Shown here one piece after another: positions 10,101-19,929 of a stretch of DNA of 64,000 nucleotides; the stretch's first letter is position 1, and each line of letters opens with the position of its first letter. The notes under the pieces are model-generated. The model was not told where the DNA came from, made no database searches, and saw only the letters and a program-made list of their open reading frames with translations. Made by a program: the position numbers and the translations under genes. Source of the stretch: Ignavibacteria bacterium (lineage in GTDB: Bacteria; Bacteroidota; Ignavibacteria; Kapaibacteriales; Kapaibacteriaceae); contig JABMNI010000029.1 in NCBI GenBank assembly GCA_013204605.1, forward strand, positions 3,069-67,068. Reading direction: 5' to 3'.

Positions 10101-10639
10101 GAGTGGATGTTAATCATACAACTGCGTTAGTAGTTGACATGCAAGAGAAATTGTTTCCGCATATCTACAACAATCAAGCAATCCAAGAAAAGTGTGTGAT
10201 GCTGATAAAGGGTATGCAGCTCCTTAAAGTGCAAATTCTGTTAACGCAGCAATACACGAAGGGGCTTGGCCCCACTATTACACCAATAATGGAAGTCTTA
10301 GGCAACATAGAAATTCACGAAAAAATGACCTTCAGTTGCTGCGGGAATAGCGACGTAGAATCTGTAGTGATTGGAGCGCGCGGACATTCCGTAATAATAA
10401 TGGGTGTCGAAGCCCACGTATGTATTCAGCAAACTGTTCTTGATCTGCTGGCGCAAGGTAGAATGGCTGTGGTAGTAGAAGACTGCGTTTCATCAAGAAA
10501 CTCCAACGACAAAGAAATTGCGATAAAACGTATGAGAAATGCCGGCGCTATTGTTACAACGGCTGAATCGTTATTGTTTGAGTTGGCACAAAGTGCCGAA
10601 CATCCCATGTTTAAACAATTATCCGCCTTAGTCAAATAA
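10097..10639 (+). CDS. Isochorismatase family hydrolase
   Basis: LVVDMQEKL, TQQYTKGLGPT, KMTFSC, GVEAHVCIQQT. Confidence 0.9.
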   Translation: MRVDVNHTTALVVDMQEKLFPHIYNNQAIQEKCVMLIKGMQLLKVQILLTQQYTKGLGPTITPIMEVLGNIEIHEKMTFSCCGNSDVESVVIGARGHSVIIMGVEAHVCIQQTVLDLLAQGRMAVVVEDCVSSRNSNDKEIAIKRMRNAGAIVTTAESLLFELAQSAEHPMFKQLSALVK

Positions 10640-10651
10640 TCAAAATTCCGC

Positions 10652-12628
10652 ATGCCAAAACCACAAAGCCCGTTGCCAATAAATTTTGACCGTGTGGGCT
10701 ATAAACCATCTAAAGAATTTGCAAAGCAAGCTCACATAGGTAGCGCGTCGGAACTCGTCAAAATAAATTCCGCTGCTGCGAAGAACATCGAAAAGTTTTG
10801 GGCTGCTCAGGCTGACACTTTGGTATGGCAGAAACCATATCGTGAAATTTTGCGGTGGAAACATCCGAGAGCCGAGTGGTTTGTGGGTGGCAAATTGAAT
10901 GTCTCTGAAAATTGCCTTGACGTGCATTTGCAAACGTGGAGAAAAAATAAGGCGGCAATAATTTGGGAATCGGAGGACGGAAATGTTAGAACGCTTACGT
11001 ATCAGCAGTTACACTCAGAAGTTTGTAAGGCTGCGAATGCGTTAAAGGGGCTAGGTGTTAAACCGAATGATGTGGTTGCTATTTATATGGGGATGGTGCC
11101 CGAGGCCATTATTGCAATGCAGGCGTGTGCGCGCATTGGAGCTATTCACAACGTGGTATTTGGTGGGTTCAGTTCGGAGGCGTTGCGAGAAAGAATTAAT
11201 GATTCTAAAGCAACTGTTTTGATTACCCAAGATGGTGCGTTGCGCCGGAACGAGATTTTACCACTGAAAAAAACTGCCGATGAAGCTATTAAAAAGTGCC
11301 CGAGCATTCAGCACGTACTTGTAGTTCAACGCACGGGCTTGCCAACTTCATTGGCGAGGGGTAGAGACATCTGGTGGCACGAGGCACTAGCTGCAGCTTC
11401 AACTGAATGCGCCCCCACTTCTTTGCCTAGCGAACATCCACTTTTCATTTTGTACACCAGCGGTTCTACTGGCAAACCAAAGGGAATCTTGCATACAAGT
11501 GCGGGATACATAACGCAAGTGAAATACACTACGAATGTAGTGTTCGATATGAAGGACACCGACGTGTATTTCTGCACGGCCGATGTTGGCTGGATTACCG
11601 GACACTCGTACGTTGCATACGGTCCGCTTGCCTGCGGGGCAACGATACTCTTGTACGAAGGCGGCCCTATGTGCCCAACGCCGGGACGTTTTTGGGAGCT
11701 CATTGACAAGCATAGGGTCACAATTTTCTATACCGCTCCCACGGCCATCCGTGCATTTATGAAGGCCGGCGATTCGTGGCCGCTGCGGCATAAGCTCGAC
11801 TCGTTGCGATTGCTTGGAACGGTAGGCGAACCCATTAACCCAGAGGCCTGGCGCTGGTACCATTCGCTAATTGGCCGAGAACGTTGTCCGATAGTTGATA
11901 CCTGGTGGCAAACTGAAACAGGTTCCATCATGATTTCGCCTATTCCCGGAGCCACCACCACCTTCCCGGGTACAGCCACAAAGCCCCTTCCCGGATTAAT
12001 GATTGATGTTGTTAGAAAAGATGGTTCGAGCTGTAAGGTTGGCGAAGGGGGCTTATTGGTTATCAAGCATCCTTGGCCGTCCATGGCGCGAACTATTTTT
12101 GGCGACTTTTCGAGATACGTGAAAACGTACTGGTCGGAATTTCCTAAAACAAAGGATTGCAGCGGCTGGTACTTTACCGGCGATGGCGCAAAAAAAGATA
12201 AACTTGGAAACATCTGGATAATAGGTAGGGTTGATGATGTTGTTAATGTGAGCGGTCACCGGCTAGGAACGGCGGAAATTGAAAGTGCGTTAGTGGGGCA
12301 TAAAACAGTGGCAGAGGCGGCCGTGGTGGCGCGTCGGGACGACATAAAAGGCAACGTCCTTGTGGCCTTCGTTACCCTCCGCAACACCTCCAAAAAATTG
12401 GATTTGAAAAAGCTGCAAAAAGAGTTAAAGGATCATGTGGGCGAAGAAATTGGACGTTTTGCCGCGCCTAATGAGATACGATTTGCCGAGGCGCTACCAA
12501 AAACGCGAAGTGGGAAAATTATGCGTCGGTTGCTCCGAGAAATTGTTTCGGGGAACACTATTACAGGCGATACCTCCACCTTAGAAGATTTCTCGGTGTT
12601 GGAGCATTTGAGGTTCGATGAAGAGTAA
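10652..12628 (+). CDS. acs: Acetyl-CoA synthetase
   Basis: [56 protein letters not shown]. Confidence 0.97.
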   Translation: MPKPQSPLPINFDRVGYKPSKEFAKQAHIGSASELVKINSAAAKNIEKFWAAQADTLVWQKPYREILRWKHPRAEWFVGGKLNVSENCLDVHLQTWRKNKAAIIWESEDGNVRTLTYQQLHSEVCKAANALKGLGVKPNDVVAIYMGMVPEAIIAMQACARIGAIHNVVFGGFSSEALRERINDSKATVLITQDGALRRNEILPLKKTADEAIKKCPSIQHVLVVQRTGLPTSLARGRDIWWHEALAAASTECAPTSLPSEHPLFILYTSGSTGKPKGILHTSAGYITQVKYTTNVVFDMKDTDVYFCTADVGWITGHSYVAYGPLACGATILLYEGGPMCPTPGRFWELIDKHRVTIFYTAPTAIRAFMKAGDSWPLRHKLDSLRLLGTVGEPINPEAWRWYHSLIGRERCPIVDTWWQTETGSIMISPIPGATTTFPGTATKPLPGLMIDVVRKDGSSCKVGEGGLLVIKHPWPSMARTIFGDFSRYVKTYWSEFPKTKDCSGWYFTGDGAKKDKLGNIWIIGRVDDVVNVSGHRLGTAEIESALVGHKTVAEAAVVARRDDIKGNVLVAFVTLRNTSKKLDLKKLQKELKDHVGEEIGRFAAPNEIRFAEALPKTRSGKIMRRLLREIVSGNTITGDTSTLEDFSVLEHLRFDEE

Positions 12629-12706
12629 GTGATTTTCAGAATGAGAGATTTTCAGTATGGGTGATATGCGGTAATAATACGTACTCCTACCGCTCAGAAC
12701 TCATCC

Positions 12707-12714
12707 TATTTTTG
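12707..12714 (+). promoter_or_regulatory. Bacteroidota-type -7 promoter box
   Basis: TATTTTTG in the intergenic region ~90 nt upstream of ATG 12802. Confidence 0.35.
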
Positions 12715-12801
12715 CCGTTATAAGTCGATTAGCCGACAAAAAAATATATAGTGGGAACGGCAAGTTGTCATTTCGGCATTTCAGATAACAGGCATAGATA
12801 T

Positions 12802-13533
12802 ATGAAAAAGCTTATTGTACTTCTCCTTCTCTGGGTTTTGATTTATGGCGTGGCGTGCGAAAAAAAGGCGCAAGAGCCGGCAAGCTCGCCGGGTGTTTCG
12901 ACCGGGTTAATTATCGATACGGTAGTTACAAGTGATGACAGCACCAAGCCAAATCCTAGCACGATGTTCGCCGATGTTGTGGCTACAGGAGATACCAGAA
13001 GTCTTCCTAGCGGTTCTGCCTCGGCCGTAGATACGACCATGGGCAAAGGAGGCTTGCCAGATTTTACTGATGACGGTCTTTCATGGTTTATCTCTAACGG
13101 CGGAGCTCCAAATTCGGGAATCGTGACCAATTGCGTAATTCCGCGCTTAAACCAATTTTTTGCTGATGCTGCAAACTGGCCGGGAACGTGGTTCACATTT
13201 ACTGCGCCAGATATCAGTGTTCCTATAGGTCCGCAATGCATAACTGGAACCTATGTTGATTGGAACGTGACAACTAACCAGAGGTTTGCATGGAAATGCA
13301 CTTCGCCTAGTGTAAATGCGGATGTGATTAATGTACTCACGCAGTATAGTGCGGCTCTTGTTACGCAACCGGCAGCCCCTTTCCAACTAATAATTCAAAA
13401 TCTTGATTTTGGAAGTATGAACTATGCTCCGTACGTGGGCGTAGTGCTAACCAAGTATATGCATACGGATGGCACTTCCTACTTATGGATGGTAAACCTG
13501 ACTAGAAATCCGCCTGGTCCAATTTGTCCGTAG
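12802..13533 (+). CDS. Hypothetical lipoprotein, paralogue 1 of an unrecognised GGLPDFTDDGLSW family
   Basis: ATG 12802 gives a signal peptide with lipobox GVA-C, then a Ser/Thr/Pro-rich linker and a ~155-aa domain colinear with the next ORF. Confidence 0.75.
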   Translation: MKKLIVLLLLWVLIYGVACEKKAQEPASSPGVSTGLIIDTVVTSDDSTKPNPSTMFADVVATGDTRSLPSGSASAVDTTMGKGGLPDFTDDGLSWFISNGGAPNSGIVTNCVIPRLNQFFADAANWPGTWFTFTAPDISVPIGPQCITGTYVDWNVTTNQRFAWKCTSPSVNADVINVLTQYSAALVTQPAAPFQLIIQNLDFGSMNYAPYVGVVLTKYMHTDGTSYLWMVNLTRNPPGPICP

Positions 13534-13621
13534 TAATACTGAGTTTGAATAATTATCAAGGACTTGAACTTGTAAATGAAAAATTAGTGGTTAGCTTTTA
13601 GATTCACATCGAGGGGAGACC

Positions 13622-14290
13622 ATGAGAAGTTTACTACAATTTAGAGTATTGACGTTGATAGTTTTGGGCGTTTTATTCGTGCCTTTGTATGCGCAAGGTC
13701 AGGATGAAACGGCGGTCACCTATTCCACCACAACAGAGGTGATATCGAATTCAGAGATCTTGTCTGGTGAGTCAGCTCGCGTACAAGCGAGGGTACAAAT
13801 TGAAAACAATATTCCGCCGCAGATGTTCACGGGAGGGTTGCCAGACTTTACGGATGATGGGCTTTCTTGGTTGGTATCACGTGCAGGAAGAGCCGCTCCG
13901 GTGTACGTATCAACCTGCGTAAAAAACTATTTCAATCAGTTCTACGCAACGCTAACAGGTGCCCCTACTTCGGGAACGTTCAGGGCATGTAGTCCAACGG
14001 GCGACATCGCGCAGGCCTGCGATTTGGGTACAGTAATGGAATGGTCTATGACAGCCAATCAAAAAGTGGCTTGGAACGCTACTCCAACAGCGGTCAGACT
14101 TCAGTTTGCTGCTGCTTTAGTGAGCTATAAAACAGCATTAAGTGTTTCAGGAGCAGCTTGGTTTCCATTCATCGTGAAGGGACTGGATTACTCAGGTACT
14201 GAAACAGCACCATATACGAGTGTTGATATAGTTGCTGTTACAACCACAGCCGCTGGAACTTACGAATGGATAGTTACTCTTACTAGGTAA
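13622..14290 (+). CDS. Hypothetical secreted protein, paralogue 2 of the same family
   Basis: GAGGGGAG before the ATG, Sec signal (PLYA-Q), identical 13-aa motif and colinear conserved residues with 12802..13533. Confidence 0.8.
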   Translation: MRSLLQFRVLTLIVLGVLFVPLYAQGQDETAVTYSTTTEVISNSEILSGESARVQARVQIENNIPPQMFTGGLPDFTDDGLSWLVSRAGRAAPVYVSTCVKNYFNQFYATLTGAPTSGTFRACSPTGDIAQACDLGTVMEWSMTANQKVAWNATPTAVRLQFAAALVSYKTALSVSGAAWFPFIVKGLDYSGTETAPYTSVDIVAVTTTAAGTYEWIVTLTR

Positions 14291-14318
14291 CTCAAGTAAT
14301 AAATCTGGGCAGTAAATC

Positions 14319-14384
14319 AACTCCCGTTATGTCTCATTGGCTTATGTTTGTAGGTCAAATCAAGATAGACGGGAGTTCTTTTTT
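14319..14384 (+). terminator. Long-loop hairpin plus T tract ending the paralogue pair
   Basis: AACTCCCGT (14319-27) pairs with ACGGGAGTT (14369-77), followed by CTTTTTT. Confidence 0.5.
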
Positions 14385-14427
14385 ACCGTCCACTATTCTC
14401 ATGTTTCTCATTTCGCGCTAACTACTC

Positions 14428-16923
14428 ATGCAAAAAGCTGTGATCATGGCGGGTGGTTTTGGAACTCGGCTTCGACCTCTCACAATGAGTATTCCAAAAC
14501 CGATGGTACCGCTGGCGAATAGGCCAATGATGGGACATATCGTTCAGCTTTTAAAAAAGCACGGAATTACCCGAATGGTTTCTGTGCTGTACTTTCAACC
14601 TGAAAGCATTACTTCCTACTTTGGCGATGGTGCCAAAATGGGAGTGCAAATGGAGTACATTACCGCCGAGGCAGACTTTGGAACCGCAGGTAGTGTTAAA
14701 AATGCCGAGTCGTTATTGCAAGAACCGTTCATCGTTATTTCCGGCGATGTACTAACTGATTTCGACATCACAGCGGCAATAAATTTCCACAAAGCCAAGG
14801 GCGCAATGGCCACCATCGTGTTAACACGAGTGCCGCAGCCACTTCAGTATGGCATTGTGATGACTGATTCTGAAGACAGAATAACTCGCTTCCTCGAAAA
14901 ACCCTCCTGGGGCGAAGTTTTTAGTGATACAATCAACACCGGAATCTACATTCTCGAACCTAGCGTCTTAGATTTGATTCCACCTAAAACAGATTTTGAC
15001 TTTAGTAAAGACCTCTTCCCGTTAATGCTTAGTAAGGGTCTTCCGCTTTTTGGGTATACCGCAACCGGTTACTGGAAAGACATAGGGAACCTGCAAGAGT
15101 ATCAACTCGCACACAGCGACGTTTTGAGTGGTAAAGTAAAAGTTGATTTACCAGGTGAGCCCTGCGACTCTGCTGTATGTGGTTCCAACCTCGACCTAGC
15201 GCCCTCGGCTCACTTAGAGGGAATGGTGGTCTTCGGCGACAACGTGAAAGTTGGTAAAGGGGCTTTCTTGAAGGACTGCATTGTTGGTAGTAATTCAGTA
15301 ATTGGTGAGAATGCTGCGTTGACAGATTCGGTGCTATGGGATCACGTTAAAATTGGCGCGAATGTCAAAGTCACTAATGCTGTCCTTTGCAATGGTGTTC
15401 GAATTAGTGACGGAGCTGAAATTGCAAGCAATGTATTTATTGCTGAAGACTGTGTAATTGGTAGCAAAGCAAGAGTATATAAAAATGTAAAATTGTGGCC
15501 GCGTAAAGTTGTAGAATCGGAGGCAGTTGTGACTCGAAGTTTAGTGCAAGAAGAACGTTGGGCACGGGATTTATTTACCGATGCACGGATTACCGGTATT
15601 TCTAATATCGATATGAATCCGGAATTCGGTGCGAAAATAGGGTCGGCCCTCGGCATGAGTTTAGGCGCGGGTACACAATTGGTAGCAAGCCGCGATGACG
15701 ATGCGACTTCACGAATTATGAAGCGTTCGATAACTTCAGGTTTGATGAGCGTTGGTGTTAACGTAACAGATCTTCAAACAACATCAATTCCACAAACCCG
15801 ACAAGAGATGAACACCGGAAAGTATGTAGCCGGATTCCATGTAAGAAAATCACCACGGCATAAAGATCAAACCGATATTATACTTTTTGGTAAGGATGGA
15901 AGAGATTTCGCGCTATCAGCAACAAAAGCAGTAGAGCGTTATTTTTACGGCGAGGACATTAAGCGTGTTCAATATGACAAGGTTGGACGTCTTGAATTCC
16001 CCGAACGACCCATTGGAGCGTACGTGGAGCGATTTTTGAAATCGCTTGATGTAGACACAATTAGAAGTAGTCAGTACAAGATTCTTGTTGATTATTCATT
16101 TGGTCTTGCTTCGACAGTTTTCCCACAAATTTTGGGCGAACTCAAGTGTAAGGTTCTGGGCATGAATAATTATGTCGACGTAGCCCATTATGCAGATGAA
16201 CTTAGTGAAGTACTGGATGAATCGGCTTCTATTATGAGGTCGCTTGGTTACGAAATTGGCTTTAAAATTGATCCAGGTGTCGAGAAGATTGCCTTAGTTG
16301 ATGAAAGGGGTATTTGGTATACCTCGCTTAGATTGTTGAGTATTGTAACAAAAATGTTTTTGGAAGCCAATACGCAGCATGAGCCATACGCTATTGCAGT
16401 GCCAGTTCACGCCACTCAGGAAATTGATTTGATAGCTGCGGACTATAACGTTCAAGTTGTGCGCATTAAAAATTCGCATTCGGCAATGATGGAGGCTACC
16501 AAGGATGAGAACGTGAAGTTTGTTGGTGGTACTCGTGGCGGCTTCATCTTCCCTGAATTTTTAAGGGCGTCCGATGGAATGTTTAGCGCTTGTAAGATTA
16601 TAGAAATGATTTCACAAACTGGTTGCCAGTTATCGGAACTCGACCGCACACTACCCAAAAGGCATCAGTTTTCTGTTCTTGTGGATTGTCCGTGGGAGGC
16701 CAAAGGCACGGTGATGCGCAGGGCCATGGAGTTTTCAGAAGATAAAGAACGTATGTTGGTAGACGGAGTAAAGATATTTATCGATTCGGCTTCGGTGCTC
16801 CTCGTTCCGGATAAGGAGCAAGCCGTTTTTGCGGTCACCGCCGAGGCGGACACTGCCGAAAAAGCACTTGAAATAAAAGACACGTATGCAGAATTAGTTG
16901 CGCAGTGGCGCAGCGGAAATTGA
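14428..16923 (+). CDS. Mannose-1-phosphate guanylyltransferase / phosphomannomutase-like fusion
   Basis: NTP-transferase N-terminus (AGGFGTRLRPLT...KPM, FLEKP, YWKDIG), hexapeptide LbH repeats, then alpha-D-phosphohexomutase domains (LFTDARITG, DYSFG, GFIFPEF...DGM). Confidence 0.88.
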   Translation: MQKAVIMAGGFGTRLRPLTMSIPKPMVPLANRPMMGHIVQLLKKHGITRMVSVLYFQPESITSYFGDGAKMGVQMEYITAEADFGTAGSVKNAESLLQEPFIVISGDVLTDFDITAAINFHKAKGAMATIVLTRVPQPLQYGIVMTDSEDRITRFLEKPSWGEVFSDTINTGIYILEPSVLDLIPPKTDFDFSKDLFPLMLSKGLPLFGYTATGYWKDIGNLQEYQLAHSDVLSGKVKVDLPGEPCDSAVCGSNLDLAPSAHLEGMVVFGDNVKVGKGAFLKDCIVGSNSVIGENAALTDSVLWDHVKIGANVKVTNAVLCNGVRISDGAEIASNVFIAEDCVIGSKARVYKNVKLWPRKVVESEAVVTRSLVQEERWARDLFTDARITGISNIDMNPEFGAKIGSALGMSLGAGTQLVASRDDDATSRIMKRSITSGLMSVGVNVTDLQTTSIPQTRQEMNTGKYVAGFHVRKSPRHKDQTDIILFGKDGRDFALSATKAVERYFYGEDIKRVQYDKVGRLEFPERPIGAYVERFLKSLDVDTIRSSQYKILVDYSFGLASTVFPQILGELKCKVLGMNNYVDVAHYADELSEVLDESASIMRSLGYEIGFKIDPGVEKIALVDERGIWYTSLRLLSIVTKMFLEANTQHEPYAIAVPVHATQEIDLIAADYNVQVVRIKNSHSAMMEATKDENVKFVGGTRGGFIFPEFLRASDGMFSACKIIEMISQTGCQLSELDRTLPKRHQFSVLVDCPWEAKGTVMRRAMEFSEDKERMLVDGVKIFIDSASVLLVPDKEQAVFAVTAEADTAEKALEIKDTYAELVAQWRSGN

Positions 16924-16930
16924 AGGGACC

Positions 16931-17401
16931 ATGGACATAAAATTTTCAGAATTGCTTCGGGCAGAATGCATCCGCCTAAATCTCGAAGCCAAAGACAAAA
17001 ACGATGCGTTGACGCAGATGATTGAGATTGTTGCAAGTACTTCCGGTATAAACGACGTTCAAGAATTATCGAAAGTCATCTTCGACCGCGAAAAATTAAT
17101 GAGCACGGGCATTGGAAATGGAGTAGCCCTCCCTCACGGAAAAACGAACATAGTAAGCGGTTCTGTTGCCGCAATTGCTACGCTTGCCGACCCTATTGAT
17201 TTTGACTCGCTTGATGATAAACCTGTTTCGATAATTCTGTTATTGGTTGGAACAGAAGGCAACGTAAGTATGCATTTACGGTTGCTCAGCAGAATTTCAC
17301 GGATGGTTGGAAGCGATCAATTTAGAACAGCATTGCTCGCAGCTAACTCCGTAGAAGATGTTGTAACACTATTTGCATCGTATGAAGAGGAGCGTGCCTG
17401 A
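16931..17401 (+). CDS. PTS IIA-like protein (PtsN/fructose-type)
   Basis: REKLMSTGIGNGVALPHGK with the phospho-His, DFDSLDDKPV, HLRLLSRISR. ATG 16931 preferred. Confidence 0.9.
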   Translation: MDIKFSELLRAECIRLNLEAKDKNDALTQMIEIVASTSGINDVQELSKVIFDREKLMSTGIGNGVALPHGKTNIVSGSVAAIATLADPIDFDSLDDKPVSIILLLVGTEGNVSMHLRLLSRISRMVGSDQFRTALLAANSVEDVVTLFASYEEERA

Positions 17402-18661
17402 GTGATAAACGTGGTAAGAGGGATGCGCGACATATTCGGCACGGAGATGCATGCTTGGCATCGAGCTGAGAAAGTTTTCAGAGAAGTGTCGGAAAAGTTT
17501 GGTTATCAGGAATTTCGCACGCCTATCGTCGAACACACCGAACTTTTTTCGCGTGGGGTAGGACAGGAGACCGATATTGTTGGCAAAGAAATGTATACGT
17601 TTATGGATAGGGGAGACGAGTCGTTAACGTTGCGTCCTGAAATGACGGCGCCAATCGTCCGTGCTACTATCGAGCATTCTCTTTTGCGACATTCTCCGAT
17701 TACTCGGCTGTGGTATGCAGGCCCGTTGTTCCGGTATGAGCGTCCGCAAAAAGGACGCTATCGTCAGTTTCATCAATACGGCGCGGAGTGCCTGGGATCT
17801 CCAAATCCTGAGAGCGACACGGAATGCATTATGCTGGCCAACGAAGTACTACGTGAGATCGGCGTAACGAAATATGAACTGCAAATCAACTCACTCGGCA
17901 CCACTGAAGTTCGCGCAAAATACCGAAGCGTTCTTGTTGAATATCTAACGAAACACAAGGAAAGTCTTTGTGCCGATTCGGTGCGGCGGCTTGATACCAA
18001 TCCACTGCGCGTTTTAGACTCCAAGGATCCCGCCGACCAGTCTGTGATTGTAAACGCCCCGGTTTTGCTTGATATGCTTGACGAAGAATCGGCCATGCAT
18101 TTTTCAACGGTAAAAGCTTTGTTGGACAGCGCCGGAATCGCGTATAAGGTAAACACGAATCTGGTAAGGGGGCTTGATTATTACTCACATACGGTTTTCG
18201 AATTTGTTACTGATGAACTCGGTTCTCAAAACGCAATTTGTGGTGGTGGACGATATGACCCATTGTTCGAGATATTGGGTGGAACGAACGTCCCCGCCGT
18301 AGGATTTTCGTTTGGAATTGAGCGAGTGTTAATGTTGCTTGAAACTGAACAAGGTGCCCCAAAGCCCCTTTCCACAGTAGATGTATACTTATGCGCGGCC
18401 GGCGATGAGGCGAGATTGCCAATTCAGCTGTTGGCTTTGCGATTGCGGCGGAACGGCATTAGCTGTGTAACGGATATTGCACGGCGGTCAATGAAGGGTC
18501 AGATGAAAGAGGCAGATAGGTTGTCGGCGAAATTCACAGCAACGCTCGGACAAACTGAATTAGATATGGAAAATATCATTGTTAAGAACATGTCGACCGG
18601 TGAACAAAAAACCATCTCGATACATCAACTCGAATCCGAATTGAAAGTGCTGCCAGTTTAA
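17402..18661 (+). CDS. hisS: Histidine--tRNA ligase
   Basis: LRPEMTA, FRYERPQKGRYRQFHQ, LVRGLDYY, GGGRYD. Confidence 0.97.
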   Translation: MINVVRGMRDIFGTEMHAWHRAEKVFREVSEKFGYQEFRTPIVEHTELFSRGVGQETDIVGKEMYTFMDRGDESLTLRPEMTAPIVRATIEHSLLRHSPITRLWYAGPLFRYERPQKGRYRQFHQYGAECLGSPNPESDTECIMLANEVLREIGVTKYELQINSLGTTEVRAKYRSVLVEYLTKHKESLCADSVRRLDTNPLRVLDSKDPADQSVIVNAPVLLDMLDEESAMHFSTVKALLDSAGIAYKVNTNLVRGLDYYSHTVFEFVTDELGSQNAICGGGRYDPLFEILGGTNVPAVGFSFGIERVLMLLETEQGAPKPLSTVDVYLCAAGDEARLPIQLLALRLRRNGISCVTDIARRSMKGQMKEADRLSAKFTATLGQTELDMENIIVKNMSTGEQKTISIHQLESELKVLPV

Positions 18662-18675
18662 CTGGACGAATTGCA

Positions 18676-19926
18676 ATGGAGCGCACTACATCTGCAACAA
18701 ACATAGATAGGGTTCGCATAGGACGAGCATATCTGTCGAAATGGCAAATAAAGGTTGTTTTAACAATTTTTGGTTTGGGGATTATTGGAGCGGTCTTGTT
18801 TTTTACAAAACAAATCGTAGACCAGTTAATGATTAATGAGCGTAGAACTATAGAGTTGTACACAAACATGCTAGCCAGATCTGCGCAACTTACAAACGAT
18901 CAAGATTTACTTTTCTATCTTGATATAGCATATGCTTCGATCACATTTCCGGTGATTATCACAGATAAAAAAGAGCGTCCAATCTATCCGTTCCAACAAT
19001 TTGTTTTGAATGTGGAAATCGACTCGACACTCTCTGTGGAAGACCAGCGCGCGTATATGGAAAGCACCATAGCCGAAATGAAACAAGACTATCAGGCATT
19101 TGAAATTAAGGATCCGGATGGCAGAGTGATTCAGAAAATGTTTTACACCAATTCTGCAATAGTTAGGCAGTTGAGATATCTCCCGTACGTAGAAATATTG
19201 ATAGTAACTTCTTTCATTCTTGTAGGCTACGTGGCCTTTAGCACCATCAGGCGAAACGAAGAGTCGAACATCTGGGTAGGTATGGCAAAGGAAGCTGCAC
19301 ACCAGTTGGGAACGCCGTTATCTAGCTTGCTTGCATGGTTGGAAATACTACGGTTGAATCAGAATGAACCGTCCAAGGTAGTAGAAACTGCAAGTGAAAT
19401 GGAGCGCGACATTGACCGACTAAACATCATTGCAAATCGATTTAGCAAGATTGGTAGCACTCCAAACCTTGCCATGAAAAATGTTTCGATAGTGATTGAA
19501 GAGGTAGTAAGATATTTCGAAACACGGCTACCAAATATTGGCAGAAAAGTGGTTATCGTGCGAGACCTTGATGAGACTATTTCAGGAAGATTGAGTGAAG
19601 ATCTGTTTGAATGGGTGATTGAAAACTTGATAAAGAATGCAGCCGAAGCAATTGAAATTCGGGATGGTGAAATCAAGATATCGTTGATGAAAAACGCAAA
19701 AGGAAAAATTCAAATCCTCGTGCAAGACAACGGTAAGGGGATGAATGCGCAACAACGTAAACGTGCATTCGATCCGGGGTTCACAACCAAAAAACGTGGT
19801 TGGGGACTGGGCTTGTCACTTTCAAAAAGAATTGTGGAAGAGTATCACGGCGGCAGGTTAACTATCAAGGAAACATCACTAGGCCAGGGAACCACGTTTT
19901 GCATTGAACTTCCAAGGATGACCTAG
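18676..19926 (+). CDS. Membrane sensor histidine kinase (no adjacent response regulator)
   Basis: Two TM segments, H-box AHQLGTPLSSL, N-box ENLIKNAAEA, DNGKG, GWGLGL. Confidence 0.92.
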   Translation: MERTTSATNIDRVRIGRAYLSKWQIKVVLTIFGLGIIGAVLFFTKQIVDQLMINERRTIELYTNMLARSAQLTNDQDLLFYLDIAYASITFPVIITDKKERPIYPFQQFVLNVEIDSTLSVEDQRAYMESTIAEMKQDYQAFEIKDPDGRVIQKMFYTNSAIVRQLRYLPYVEILIVTSFILVGYVAFSTIRRNEESNIWVGMAKEAAHQLGTPLSSLLAWLEILRLNQNEPSKVVETASEMERDIDRLNIIANRFSKIGSTPNLAMKNVSIVIEEVVRYFETRLPNIGRKVVIVRDLDETISGRLSEDLFEWVIENLIKNAAEAIEIRDGEIKISLMKNAKGKIQILVQDNGKGMNAQQRKRAFDPGFTTKKRGWGLGLSLSKRIVEEYHGGRLTIKETSLGQGTTFCIELPRMT

Positions 19927-19929
19927 ATA

